Positions 1-12,246 of a stretch of 64,000 bases of DNA are shown here, one piece after another. Source of the DNA: Octopus vulgaris (lineage: Eukaryota); assembly GCA_951406725.2 (NCBI GenBank), contig OX597837.1, forward strand, positions 39,680,001 through 39,744,000, written 5' to 3'. Under the pieces are notes generated by a model. The model was not told where the DNA came from, ran no database searches, and saw nothing but the letters and a program-made list of their open reading frames with translations. Numbering within the stretch: the first letter of the stretch is position 1; the number at the start of each line of letters is the position of its first letter. The position numbers and the translations under genes were made by a program.

Positions 1-154
1 TGATCCCAAAAGCAAAGTTGACCTTGGCAGAATTTGAACTCAGAACGTAAGGCCAAACAGAATGCCGCTAAGCATTTTGCCTGATGTGCTAATTATTCTA
101 CTAGCTTGCTACTGTAATAATAACGATGACGATGATGATGATGATAATAATAAT

Positions 155-696
155 AAATGCCCTGAGGCAGTGGCTCTCATGGCTTCTTATCTTAACTGAT
201 TGGAAGTGTTATCATGTACATTGTTTTGTCTTGGTATAAAAGATAGCCTACAGCAAATATTCTGCTCAATACCACAGATTTGCTTGTCAGTTGTTTGACC
301 TTAACCAGTTGAGGATGTCCCTTAGCAGCTGACGATACGTGCATCTCTGATCATGAGCAGAAGTAATGGGGGAGCATCTTAGCCATGTGTTGAGAGGGAT
401 TCTTTGGGGTTTGAATAATTCACTTCTGGAAACATGGGTGTTTTGTTCAACATCCTTAAACAACGCTTATTGAGGGACCTTTTGAGCAGGATGGGCTACT
501 CGACCAGAAGAAAATTCTAACTGGGTCCCACCTGCAAGGTCATGCGCTGTTTATCTTGATATGAGATCACCATGTCGCGCACATATGGTTGTGATGCATG
601 TGCCTGGTGTATCAGACGGGTAGTCATGATGGGTATATTGGGCTTCGTATATTTTACCCCAGTGTCACTTTGATGGCATGAACTGCTCTCTCACTC
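155..696. mobile_element. ~550-bp interspersed element embedded in (TAA)n, copy 1
   Basis: Colinear with 60451-61015; a fragment also at ~63447-63490; TAA repeats on both sides. Confidence 0.75.
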
Positions 697-812
697 AATA
701 ATAATAATAATAATAATGTTAACGATGGTGGTGATGATGATCATGATGATTATAATAATAATGGTTTCTGGTTTAGGTACAAATTCAGCAGTTTTGAAGG
801 GAAAGGGATTCA

Positions 813-1035
813 CTCTTTCGTTACCAACCTTGACTGAAACCACCTCTGGCTCTGTAGTACAAATGTCTTGTTTCCATAAGTTTTTCATTAAAATCTTCCA
901 CCAAACCTTAATCACAATTCATGTTCCTAACACTAGTTTAATGATAACCAAGTTATTTTACTAAATTCTTTGTCACATTTAAAATCAATTAAAAGAAACA
1001 CAGAGCATCTCAACAGAAATATGGTAACAAAAGGG
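813..1035. mobile_element. TTAA-flanked MITE (piggyBac-like ends), copy 1
   Basis: Ends ctctttcgttacc / ggtaacaaaaggg-TTAA; near-identical copy at 1160-1381. Confidence 0.65.
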
Positions 1036-1159
1036 TTAATCTTTTTCACTCTGTGGAATTTCCACAGGTCCCATTAGTATTGATGTTGAAGATATGAAAG
1101 GTGAAGATGACCTCAACAGCAATAAAATCATTCTTCCTTCCTTAAATAGCTTCTCTTAA

Positions 1160-1381
1160 CCCTTTTGATACCAACCTGGCTGAAACTGGCTCTGGCTCTG
1201 AGTACAAATGTCTTGTTTCCATAAGTTTTGAATTAAAATCTTCCACCAAATCTTAGTCACAATTTATGTTCCTAACACTAGCTTAATGATAACTAAGTTA
1301 TTTTACTAAATTCTTTGTTTATATTTAAAATAAATTGAAAGAAACACAGAGCATCTCAACAGAAATACGGTAACGAAAGGG
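1160..1381. mobile_element. TTAA-flanked MITE (piggyBac-like ends), copy 2
   Basis: TTAA-cccttttgatacc ... ggtaacgaaaggg. Confidence 0.65.
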
Positions 1382-1464
1382 ATTAATCAATTTCATTGAC
1401 CCTAGTACTTGATTTGTACTCTAATTTATCACTGACCCTGGAAAGACAAAAGGGAGGACGTTAC

Positions 1465-1608
1465 CTTTAACCTTTCCGTAAGCTGCTGGATTCGCTGGTT
1501 CTTCTCGTCGTCATGTCCATCTGCAGATTTGCTGCGTTTCTCCATGCTGTGCATCTTGCGCAAGAACGTTTTATGCAACCGCTCATGTTCGGTTCTTAGA
1601 AGAGCTGC
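1465..1608 (-). CDS. CEP63: CEP63/DEUP1-family, coding exon 4 (AALLRTEHERLHKTFLRKM..QQLTERLK); gene continues beyond the window start
   Basis: 144 nt, phase 0/0, TTCCAG acceptor and GTAAC donor; coiled-coil-like peptide. Confidence 0.8.
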
Positions 1609-1948
1609 CTGGAATGGTAAAAAGCAAAGCAAAAACTCATTGGATAAATCAAAGTATGATGAAGAACTGAATAATTTATCATCATCATCATCATCGTTTA
1701 ACGTCCGCTTTCCATGCTAGAAACCAGACCAAACCAGACTGGAGTCTGGTGCAGCCCCTCAGCTTATCAGCTCTGGTCAAAAACTGTCTAACCGATGGAA
1801 AGCGGACGCTGATGATGACAATGCTGATTGGATGGAGTTTGAGGAAACGGAATATTATTTATTCCGTTTGCAAAACAATGGGGACCAAACAGTAATAATA
1901 AAAAAAACAGAAAATAAAATCCCAAAGAATTCTACCAAATTGCTTTAC

Positions 1949-2044
1949 CTTTGACTTGAGATTTGTCACTTGTGTCTCGTGTATCTCTTCTGCTTTCTGT
2001 TTCTCTGCCGTGAGCCATTCGACCTGAGACTGCAGTGCCAGGAT
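1949..2044 (-). CDS. CEP63: CEP63/DEUP1-family, coding exon 3 (ILALQSQVEWLTAEKQKAEEIHETQVTNLKSK)
   Basis: 96 nt, phase 0/0, polypyrimidine-CAG acceptor and GTAAA donor; coiled-coil-like peptide. Confidence 0.8.
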
Positions 2045-2169
2045 CTGTCAAAGAGAATTTAACCGTTTAGCATTCAGGTTATTCTGTGAAATGTATTGCT
2101 CATTTATTCACATTGTTTTGAATCGATCAAGCATTATCTCGTAGCTTCGAGATTTTGGTAGTGTACTCT

Positions 2170-2369
2170 CTCTTTACTCTTTCATTTGTTTCAGTCATTT
2201 GACTGCGGCCATGCTGGAGCACCGCCTTTAGTCGAGCAAATCGACGCCACGACTTATTCTTTGTAAGCCTAGTACTTATTCTATCGGTGTCTTTTGCCGA
2301 ACTGCTAAGTTACGGGGATGTAAACACACCAGCATCGGTTGTCAAGCGATGTTGGGAGGACAAACACAG

Positions 2370-2406
<37 letters not shown>

Positions 2407-2874
2407 CACGCACATACATATATACGACGGGCTTCTTTCAGTTTCCGTCTACCAAATCCACTCACAAGGCTTTGGTCAATCCGAGGCTATAGTAGAAGAC
2501 ACATGCCCAAGGTGCCACACAGTGGGAGTGAACCCAAAAGTATCTATCTATCTATCTATCTTCTACTATAGTCTTGGGCCGACCAAAGCCTTGTGAGTGG
2601 ATTTGGTAGACGGAAACTGAAAGAAGCACATCGTATATATGTACATATATGTATATGTGTGTGTGTATATGTTAGTGTGTCTGTGTTTGTCCCTCACAAC
2701 ATTGCTTGACAACTGATGCTGGTGTGTTTACGTCCCTGTAACTTAGTGGTTCGGCAAAAGAGACCGATAGAATAAGTACTAGGCTTACAAAGAATAAGTC
2801 CTGGGGTCGATTTGCTTGACTAAAGGCGGTGCTCCAGCATGGCCACAGTCAAATGACTAAAACAAGTAAAAGAG

Positions 2875-2876
<2 letters not shown>
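2170..2876. mobile_element. Two oppositely oriented copies of SINE family A (2170-2535 minus, 2560-2876 plus)
   Basis: Both match the family A consensus (internal TA/TG microsatellite, GTAAAAGA tail). Confidence 0.85.
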
Positions 2877-2927
<51 letters not shown>

Positions 2928-2967
2928 GAAAGAAGGTTTGAACATACAATTTTAAAAGATGTTTATT

Positions 2968-3010
2968 TACTTTACCGGTTTCACTCTTAGGAAAAAGATT
3001 GTCAAAAGTA
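2968..3010 (-). ncRNA. Minimal hammerhead-ribozyme-like motif (U3-A8 core variant)
   Basis: Minus strand reads UACUU-UUGACAA-UCUU..AAGAgu-GAAA-CCGG-UA-AAGUA. Confidence 0.5.
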
Positions 3011-3478
3011 GAAGTTTGGTCAAAAGTAGAAGTTTGGTTGCGTTAATTATTGGTTGTTGCAAATTGCTACATTACATATATATCGTCTTTGGTAACAAGG
3101 AGATGTTAAGGACATAAAATAGTTTAACAAGTTCCTTAAAATATTGGGCACAAAAGATTACAATATAAATAATCATTCTCAAGAACATGAAGCATATGTA
3201 ATATAAAGCATATTACTCTACCACTGGTATTCGAGTACTCTTTTTTCCACCTTGTTTCACATTTATGTGTTTACTCCGGTATAACTATTATATATATATA
3301 TATATACACACACAAACATATAATGGGCTTCTTTCAGTTTCCACCTACAAAATCCAGTCACAAGACTGGTCAGTCTGTGGCTAACAATGCATAAAGTGCC
3401 ATGCAATGTAATTGAACCTGAACTCACATGATTCGTAAGTAAACTTAAAGAATAAAGCTTTGAAAGTCTGCGACTGAC

Positions 3479-3671
3479 CTTTTTGGAATTCTCTTCAAGA
3501 GTTATTTTCTGTTGCTGACATTCCTTTGTCTTCTTCTCAAAATGTTTATAAACTTTCTTGACTTGTTGTTTCAAGTCGGTCTCGCGGTTCTTAACAAGAA
3601 TATCGATATGTTGAACCAATTCTTGTAATTCTTGCTCACAGGATCTCATCAAAACGCCATCGACCGGGAGT
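3479..3671 (-). CDS. CEP63: CEP63/DEUP1-family, coding exon 2 (..LPVDGVLMRSCEQELQELVQHIDILVKNRETDLKQQ..ENSKK)
   Basis: CAG acceptor 3674-3672, GTCAG donor at 3478. SCEQELQELVQHIDILV matches the CEP63/DEUP1 N-terminal signature (human CEP63 recalled as SCEAELQELMKQIDIMV). Confidence 0.88.
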
Positions 3672-3783
3672 CTGAAGAGGAAAAGAGGCGAAAGGGAGAA
3701 TCATAAAAACTGAGATTACCAAATGAAACCCAAATGTAGAAACCTTATTAACCATGTTTATAATAGTTTATACTAGTTGGAGA

Positions 3784-3995
3784 CATCATCATCGTTTAAC
3801 GTCTGTTTTCCATGCTAGCATGGGTTGGACGATTTGACTGAGGGCTGGCGAACCAGATGGCTGCACCAGGCTCCAATCTTGATTTGGCAGAGTTTATACA
3901 GTTGGATGCCCTTCCTAACGCCAAACACTCCGAGAGTGTAGTGGGTGCTGTTTACGTGCCACCGGCTCGGGGGCCAGTCAGATGGTACTGGCACA
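3784..3995 (-). mobile_element. SINE family D with (GAT)n tail
   Basis: Shares ..ccaacccatgctagcatggaaa..cgttaaacgatgatgat with copies at 16690-17045, 24598-24780 and 1680-1815. Confidence 0.75.
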
Positions 3996-4091
3996 TTCCT
4001 AATATTTAATATTTTGCATATTGCGGAAGAATAATCAATTTATTTAGGTGGGACGGGGGCTCTGTAAAGGGTTTTGGGGAGTAGCATCCCT

Positions 4092-4322
4092 GGCAGCGAG
4101 CTGGCAGAATCGTTAGCACGCCGGATGAAATGTGTTACCGCATTTCGTCTGCTGCTATGTTCTGAGTTCAAATTCCGCCGAGGTCGACTTTGCCTTTCAT
4201 CCTTTTGGGGTCGATTAAATAAGTACCAGTTACGCACTGGGGTTGATATAATCGACTTAATCCATTTGTCTGTCCTTGTTTGTCCCCTCTGTGTATAGCT
4301 CCTTGTGGGCAGTAAAGAAATG
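4092..4322 (+). mobile_element. SINE family C (Meta-domain-like)
   Basis: tRNA-like head with B-box gagttcaaattcc, then gtcgactttgcctttcatccttt.ggggtcga.taaataagtacc. Other copies at ~1-110, 7043-7320, 13880-14103, 16207-16360, 16478-16660, 63840-63970. Confidence 0.8.
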
Positions 4323-4904
4323 GGAGTAGCATCCCTGCCCTCCTGAGCTAGTTTTCTACCACATTTCTTAAAAATTGTGGTAGAGGCCTTTGTCTTGGGA
4401 CCACTCATGTCTAGAAACTGAGGTTGGGAGTAAACAAGGGCATGCTCCTTGTAGAAAATCCAGCTCCAAAAAAGCCTCATGATAGCAAAGGAGAATGGGC
4501 CCCAACCAGCCCAACGGTTGGGGTGGGCTGCACCTACTTACATCAGTTGCTATGGCATTGAGGTAGATCAAGCCACCCCTGTTGATAGAGACAAAACCCA
4601 GATTTAAAACACTCGTCTAAAGCACAGTTTTTTTCATGGCTTATGAAAAATTGCCACGGATTCCCCAATTTACTATATTGCATCCGTGGACCCCCAGATC
4701 CTATATGGACCCTGGTTGAGAACCCCTTATTTAGATGATCTATCATGTGAAGTCTGGCTGCTGACCGGCCAATAACTCATGTCATGGCTTTAACTTTGTA
4801 ATTCGACATCTCAGGTTCAAGTCTCAGTACGTCTTGATCTCTTATTATTTATTCAATAAAGTTGTGCAGTTTAAAACAATACAAATGTCCACTAAATGAC
4901 TTAC

Positions 4905-4963
4905 ATGTTTTGATTTTCCAAATCTTTCCACAGATTTTGCGGGGATGCATCGTTATCGGTCAT
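4905..4963 (-). CDS. CEP63: CEP63/DEUP1-family centrosomal coiled-coil protein, first coding exon (MTDNDASPQNLWKDLENQN..)
   Basis: ATG at 4963 (minus), GTAAG donor at 4904, phase 2; joins the next exon in frame (at|a = Ile). The start codon choice is inferred. Confidence 0.7.
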
Positions 4964-5373
4964 GTTTGCTGTTTAGCAATCATTGGAGTTCAACTAAAAA
5001 AATTCTTCAACTGTTCCAGATCTGTTTTCTTTTTTTATACATATAGAAAAAGACAAAAAAAAAAAGAAAGAAAATCCAAGATGTTATTAAGATTCTCAAA
5101 GAAAGAATTTAAAGTCAAGAAAAATAAATGAAGAAAATTTCTGATATTTAACTCAAAAGCAGAAAGACATAAATCTCAGACATAGTTCTTACGTTAATTC
5201 TTTAGGATTATCCTATATATAGGAAATATAGCCAGCACCAATTTTGTTGCGATGTTTCGTATCTGAGACGCCTGATGTAAACAACAATGTTATCGAAGAT
5301 GATAAGCACTCTCGTTGTTTGGCAGAAACTGAAAGAAATTCTTCATTGTGTGTGTGTGTGTTTGTGGTATATA

Positions 5374-5591
5374 CTCTTTACTCTTTTACTTGTTTCAGTC
5401 ACTTGACTGCGGCCATGCTGGAGCACCGCCTTTAGTCGAGCAAATCGACCCCGGGACTTATTCTTTTTAAGCCCAGTACTTATTCTATCGGTCTCTTTTG
5501 CCGAACCGCTAAGTGACAGGGACGTAAACACACCAGCATCGGTTGTCAAGCAATGCTAGGGGGACAAACACACACACACAAACACATACAC

Positions 5592-5622
<31 letters not shown>

Positions 5623-5783
5623 CGACAGGCTTCTTTCAGTTTCCGTCTACCAAATCCACTCACAAGGCATTGGTCGGCCCGGGGCTATAGCAGAAGACAC
5701 TTGCCCAAGGTGCCACGCAGTGGGACTGAACCCGGAACCATGTGGTTGGTTAGCAAGCTACTTACCACACAGCCACTCCTGCG
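5374..5783 (-). mobile_element. SINE family A (tRNA head, CORE-like ccttgggcaagt), full length
   Basis: The most abundant repeat here. Further copies at ~7347-7510, 7725-8000, 8311-8670, 18780-19098, 19750-20095, 28835-29325, 33225-33580, 36635-37300, 44115-44275, 53287-53450, 59213-59630. Confidence 0.88.
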
Positions 5784-6733
5784 TATATGTGCATGTTCTT
5801 TTACAGTTGTTGGTTTGTTTATGTTCCTGCAATTTAGCAATCTGGTGATATCTATCTATCTATCTATCAATCATCATCATTGGTTAATGTCTGTTATTCA
5901 CACTGGCATGGGTTGGGCAGTTTGACCAGAGCTTGTAAACTGAGGGGCTGCATGAACCCTGGTCAAGCCATCCAACCTATACCAGCATGGACAACGGACA
6001 TTAAATGATGTTGATGATGATGATGTGTGTGTGTGCGTGTGGTGTGTGAGTGTCTGCGTTTGTCCCCTGCCACTGCTTGATAACCGGTGTTGGTGTGTTT
6101 ACATCTCCATAGCAGTTCAACAAAAAACAAACCGAATAGTACCAAGCTAAAATAACAAAAATAAAAACCCCAAAAAAACAAAACAAAAGTACTGGGGTTG
6201 ACTGAATCGACTAAAAACTCTTCAAGGTGCGGTGCCCCAGCATGGGCGCAGTGTAATATTTGAGACCAAGTAACAGAAAAAAACAAAAGTAAAAAAAACA
6301 ACAACAAAATAACATGAAAACAAAGGAAAAAAAGTTCCACGAGAGATACCTTCGGTAATATTACTCAGAGAAGACAGAGATGTCCAAAGATTGGTAAGAA
6401 TTAATTAAGAATCCATCGTTGCAACCATGTTTAATCCATTCCACAGGGCAAAAAACCCCCCAGAAAATGGGGGAAAAAAGACAGACCCTTAAAAAGCCCC
6501 AGAAACCCTGAATATGATTATTAAAAGCTATTTCACAACAAACCAGAGTGATAACAGTATCACCGTGTGTTTTAATTAATACAGTATCATATCTCCATGG
6601 ATACAGACTCCACCGCTGTCGCCAGCTCACCTACTCCCCCCCCCCCCCCCACCTCCAACCACTTCTTCTTCTTCTTCTTCTTCTTCAATCATAGCAAGAA
6701 TGCATTCCCTAATTTATTATTAGAGTAGATTTC

Positions 6734-6770
<37 letters not shown>

Positions 6771-7516
6771 TTCTTTTGCTTGCTTTTTCTGTCTCTGGAA
6801 AAACGTGTTCTAACTTGACAAACGACCCACGTCTCATCTCGTGGACAGAGTGTGTGCATGGGGGAAAATGGATGGAGTGGGGTGTGTGAATGTGGATCAG
6901 GTGGGGATTGCTTGGTGGTGGTTGGGTGGGTGGTGGTGGTGGAGGAGAAGAATTTAAAGATGTGAGTTTTTGTTTTATGTTGTCCTATTCTTTTATAATC
7001 ATTTTTACTCATATATATATTTTTATATATATATATATATTTCTTTACTGCCCCATAGAGGGGACAAACAAGGACAGACGAAGGGATTGAGTCGATTATA
7101 TCGACCCCAGTGCGAAACTGGTACTTTATTTATCGACCCCAGTGTGAAACTGGTGCTTTATTTATCGACCCCAGTGTGAAACTGGTGCTTTATTTATCGA
7201 CCCCGATAGGATGAAAGGCAAAGTTGACCTCGTCGGAATTTGAACTCAGAACGTAACGACAGACGAAATACCGCTAAGCATTTCGCCCGGCGTGCTAACA
7301 TGTCTGCCAGCTCGCCGCCTTAATATATATATATATATATATATATAGGTGTAGGAGTGGCTGTGTGGTAAGTAGCTTGCTTACCAACCACATAGTTCTG
7401 GGTTCAGTCCCACTGCATGACACCTTGGGCAAGTATCTTCTACTATAGCCTCGGGCCAACAAAAGCCTTGAGTGGATTTGGTAGACGGAAACTGAAAGAA
7501 GCCCATCGTATATATG

Positions 7517-7577
<61 letters not shown>

Positions 7578-7597
7578 CATATATACGATGGGCTTCT

Positions 7598-7629
<32 letters not shown>

Positions 7630-10204
7630 TACGATGGGCTTCTTTCAGTTTCCGTCTACCAAATCCACTCACATATATATATATATATATATATATATGT
7701 ATAAAAATATATGTATATATATATTCTTTGTAAGCCTAGTACTTATTCTATTGGCCTCTTTTGCCGAACCACTAAGTTATGGGGACACACCAGCATTGGC
7801 TGTCAAGCGATGTTGGAGGGACAAACACAGATACACATATATATACATACATATACGACAGGCTTCTTCCAGTTTCTGTCAACCAAATCCACTCACAAGG
7901 CATTGGTCGGCCTGAGGCTATAATAGAAGAAACTTGCTATGCAGTGGGAATGAACCTGGAACCATGTGGTTGGTAAGCAAGCTACTTACCACACAGCCAT
8001 TCTGTTGATGTTTAAAAAGAAAAAGTGTAAAGTTTTCAGAATCTGATGTTAACAATGTCCCAGAGAGGGAAGAATGAACGGAAAACACCTAAAAAGGGTT
8101 TTACCATATCTTTTTATACCAATACTAACTTAATTGGTAGAATTCTGCTTCAAGCACCCCATATAAATCATCATAACGTTTTAGTTTTTGGAATTTTCAG
8201 AAAATTTTTGCGATTTTGGATACTAAACATGGGAATTCGTACAACTAAGAAAAAAAAATTCTTCTTAATTTTTCGAATATTTTTCTTGAAAATTATTTAA
8301 AAATACGGACAGTAGGAGTGGCTGTGTGGTAAGTAGCTTGCTTACCAACCAGTCCCTCTGCATATCACCTTGGGCAAGTGTCTTCTATTATAGCCTTGTG
8401 AGTGGATTTGGTAGACGGAAACTGAAAGAAGCCTGTCGTATATATATATATATGTATATGTACGTGTGTGTGTATGTTTGTGTTTGTCCCCCCAACATCA
8501 CTTGACAACCGATGCTGGTGTGTTTACGTCTCCGTAACTTAGCGGTTGACCGATAGAATAATTACTAGGCTTACAAAGAATAAGTCCTGGGGTCGATTTG
8601 ATTCGACTAAAGGCGGTGCTCCAGCATGGCCGCAGTCAAATGACTGAAACAAGTAAAAAAGTAAAAGAGAGAGAGAGTCTGAATCTTTTGCTTAAATCCC
8701 AGCAATATTAAATGTGTTTTCGAGGTGAAAGATATCGAAAGACATCAATTCGTCAGAGTGAAAACGAAACGAGGAGGGTACGAGGTGGTTGTGAGAAGTG
8801 CTAAAAATAACAGCTAAATAACCCTTAAATCACACAAAATGTTTTCTTCCGGATTCAAAATTCAAAAAAAAAAAAAAGAAAAGAAAAACGAATTACGTGG
8901 GGTTTAAATACGAAGGGTCTCTTGCTATAGCCCTGGGCCAACCAAGGCTTTGGGAGTAGATTTGGTAGACAGAAACTGAAAGAAATCCTTCGTTGTGTGT
9001 GTATGTATATATATATATATACACACGTGTGTGTTCTATTACCGTTGTTGGTTTGTTTACGTTCTTGGGCGTAACTTCGGTATAAGTACCGGATACATTT
9101 CAAGAAAGTGCTTTTTTTATATATGGGGGGTTAGGGTTTGTGTTAGGGGTGTGAGAAAAGGGTTTCTGTTATCTTCAGAAATGGGTAAACAAAGTCACGT
9201 ATGTACTTATACCGAAGGATCGCCAAATACGGTGCTTAAACCAGAATTCTACAACAGGGTGATCCTTCGGTATACGTCCTTGAAAATGAATTTTTGAAAA
9301 ATTTCATTAAAACCTTTACATCGTAAAATTACGGAAGAGACGAATTAAAGAGGCGCCAAAATTTGTAAATTTTTTACATCGACATTATACATGCACACTT
9401 ACACTTCCATACACACCTTTCGTCTATTACCTTTTAGCCTGTTGCAGTCATTGGACTGCGGCCAGGCTGGGGCACCGCCTCAAAAGGTGTTTAGTCTAAC
9501 AAATCGCTGCCAGCACTTATTTCCTTTTTTTAAAAGTCTGGTATTTATTTTATTGGTCTCTTTTGCGGAACTGCTAGGTTACAAGGAAGGCGATCCTTCG
9601 GTATAAGTACCGTAAGTGGCTTTCTTTACATTTCCGAAGATAACAGAAACCCTTTTTTCCCACCCCTAACCCCCGATATATATATATATGTAAAAACACA
9701 TTTTTCAAATGTATTTGGTACTTATACCAAAGTTACGCCTAATAACGTAAACAAACCAACAACGGTAAAAGAACACACACGTGTGTATATATATATATAT
9801 ATATATACATACACACACACACACAACGTAGGATTTCTTTCGGTTTCTGTCTACCAAATCGACCCCCAAAGCCTTGGTTGGCCCAGGGCTATATAGCAGG
9901 AGACCCTTGCTCAAGATGCCACGTAGAGGGAACCGATTCCGAAAGCACAGCAGAAATTTACAATAAAAAAAAAGGCAATACTTACATATAAAGTTCTGTT
10001 ATCATTCTTTAATTAAATATATATATATATATATTAATTAATTAATTAATTGTTTTCGTGGCTTCTTCATCAATTCACAGGAATTCTTCTGATTTTTTTT
10101 TTACCAAGAAACAAAATAAAACAAAACTAAACAAAAAATATATTTTGAAGAAAGAAATATTTTTTTGGAACCAAAATATTTGAAAAAAATGAAAACAACC
10201 AGCT

Positions 10205-10300
10205 GTCGATAGCGACTTCCGGTTGTGTAAACGGAAGTTGATTATTTTCGGTTACTAAACGGAAGTTGACTCGTTGCTAAACGGAAGTCCGTGCGTGATT
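10205..10300. promoter_or_regulatory. Putative bidirectional promoter shared by CEP63-like (-) and COMMD2 (+)
   Basis: ACTTCCGG at 10215 plus three TAAACGGAAGT ETS-type motifs (10228, 10256, 10278), 140-210 bp upstream of the COMMD2 ATG. A candidate minus-strand GTAAG donor at ~9985 could end a non-coding CEP63 exon 1. Confidence 0.6.
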
Positions 10301-10371
10301 GTCACTATCATCATTTGTAGTGGGAGTGACCACTTGCCTTCTACACACCTTTTTATACATACATACACGTT

Positions 10372-10407
<36 letters not shown>

Positions 10408-10428
10408 ACAATCTATTTATATGAGATA

Positions 10429-10495
10429 ATGTTTAATTTGTTAAAAGATGAACACAAGGAACATTTGAAATTCTTAGCAAATGTTGATGCTGAAG
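10429..10495 (+). CDS. COMMD2: COMM domain-containing protein 2, exon 1 (MFNLLKDEHKEHLKFLANVDAE)
   Basis: Matches the COMMD2 N-terminus (EHKEHLxFL); GT donor at 10496, phase 1. Confidence 0.92.
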
Positions 10496-10575
<80 letters not shown>

Positions 10576-10727
10576 TTGTTGTTATGTTTTTCGTTGTTAT
10601 TCTGAATGTTTACACGGACCTTTCTTTCGATCAAAAACCCTTTGTACTTTTCGTCCTGTATTTGTCCTCAGATATTTCTTTGATTTATGTAAGCTCTTGT
10701 GGCCAGTAAACCAGAATTAATTAATTG

Positions 10728-10777
<50 letters not shown>

Positions 10778-11103
10778 GCTCCGAGTCCAATTTCCCCCCC
10801 ACCCAGGTCGACTTTGTCTTTAATCCTTTCAGGAGTCGATATAATAAGTACCAGATGAACATTGGTGTCGATGTAGTCGACTAGCTCCCTCTAAAAATTT
10901 CAGGTTTTGTGTCTGTATTCACCTCTTCTCCGATCTTGCCCCGATCAAGCTGACCTCTGATCAACGGTGCTTCTAACCATGACCTCTTCATTTCATTTTT
11001 TTTCGTAGCATATTTAAGAATACATTATCCGGCATAACAATATACATGTGTGCCTCTTCCTACGGATTTCGTTTCATCATACACACACACGAAATTATAT
11101 ATA

Positions 11104-11231
11104 CAGGGTGTCCCAAAAAAATGTATACACATAGTGGTTCGGCAAAAGAGAACGATAGAATAAGTACTAGGCTTACAAAGAATAACAAATTTACAATTAT
11201 TTAAGGTGTGTATACATTCTTTTGGGACACC

Positions 11232-11234
<3 letters not shown>
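11104..11234. mobile_element. Tc1/mariner-type MITE
   Basis: TA-cagggtgtcccaaaa..atgtatacaca / tgtgtatacatt..ttttgggacaccctg-TA inverted ends; carries an internal SINE A fragment. Confidence 0.75.
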
Positions 11235-11273
<39 letters not shown>

Positions 11274-11619
11274 ATAATAACAAAGGGTAAAATTAATTAA
11301 TTAACTAGTAATCAATAATTTCACCAAGTAGAATTTGGCATGAAAAAAGAACCATTTCTCTGTAAACTTTAGTAATATTTTATAATTATGGTTCAGCAAA
11401 GATTTGCTTTACCACATACCGAAGTTTAGAAATAGCAGCCAAAGAACCTTAGCTATTTCTTCTACTTTAAGAAGTGCGTGGGTTGTTTTCGAGTACTTTG
11501 TTTTTGTCCGGGAGTCTCTTCTTAAAGTAGAAGAAATAGCTAAGGTTCTTTGGCTGCTATTTCTAAATCTTCTGTATGTGGTAAAGGAAATCTTTGCTAT
11601 ATATATACACATACATACA

Positions 11620-11841
11620 CGAGGGTGGGGGCTGAAAAGTTCCTGGTTTTGGGTAAAAGAGAATGTAGGAAGCTTAGTTAATTATGATTTTATTCAACAT
11701 AATTCCCTTCTCTGAGCCACACATTTATTTCAGCGGTCCTTCAGTTTATCTAAACCCTGTAAAAGAACTCGGAAGGTTGAGTCTCCACCCAGGCCTTTTG
11801 CGATACCCTCTAAAGCCAGGAGCTTTTCAACACCACCCTTA
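11620..11841 (-). mobile_element. mariner-derived MITE
   Basis: TIRs cgaggg..gctgaaaagttcctgg / ccaggagcttttcaa..accct; the minus strand keeps a decayed transposase C-terminus (..NKCV..GNYVE*). Confidence 0.65.
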
Positions 11842-12041
11842 TAATGAATATAATATGTTTAATTAATTAATTAAAAGACCAACGCACGGAGTACGATGCT
11901 CAAATTAATGGTAGTTCTTATTCGACTTACAGCTATTGTTGTTTTGCTGTATCCGCCCCCTTCTCGGGTTTTGTTCTGATTCAGCTGACTCATGATCAAC
12001 AGTGGTTCCAACCATGGCCTTCTCGTCTTATTTTACCCTGA

Positions 12042-12197
12042 GGCTGTGTGGTAAGTAGCTTGCTAACCAACCACATGGTTCCGGGTTCAGTCCCACTGCG
12101 TGGCGTGGCATCTTGGGCAAGTGTCTTCTGCTATAGCCTCGGGCCGACCAAAGCCTTGTGAGTGGATTTGGTAGACGGAAACTGAAAGAAGCCTGTC

Positions 12198-12246
<49 letters not shown>

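Noticed and set aside
7100-7205. 33-bp direct repeats resembling a CRISPR array
   Set aside because: No unique spacers; slippage inside SINE C; eukaryotic context with no cas genes
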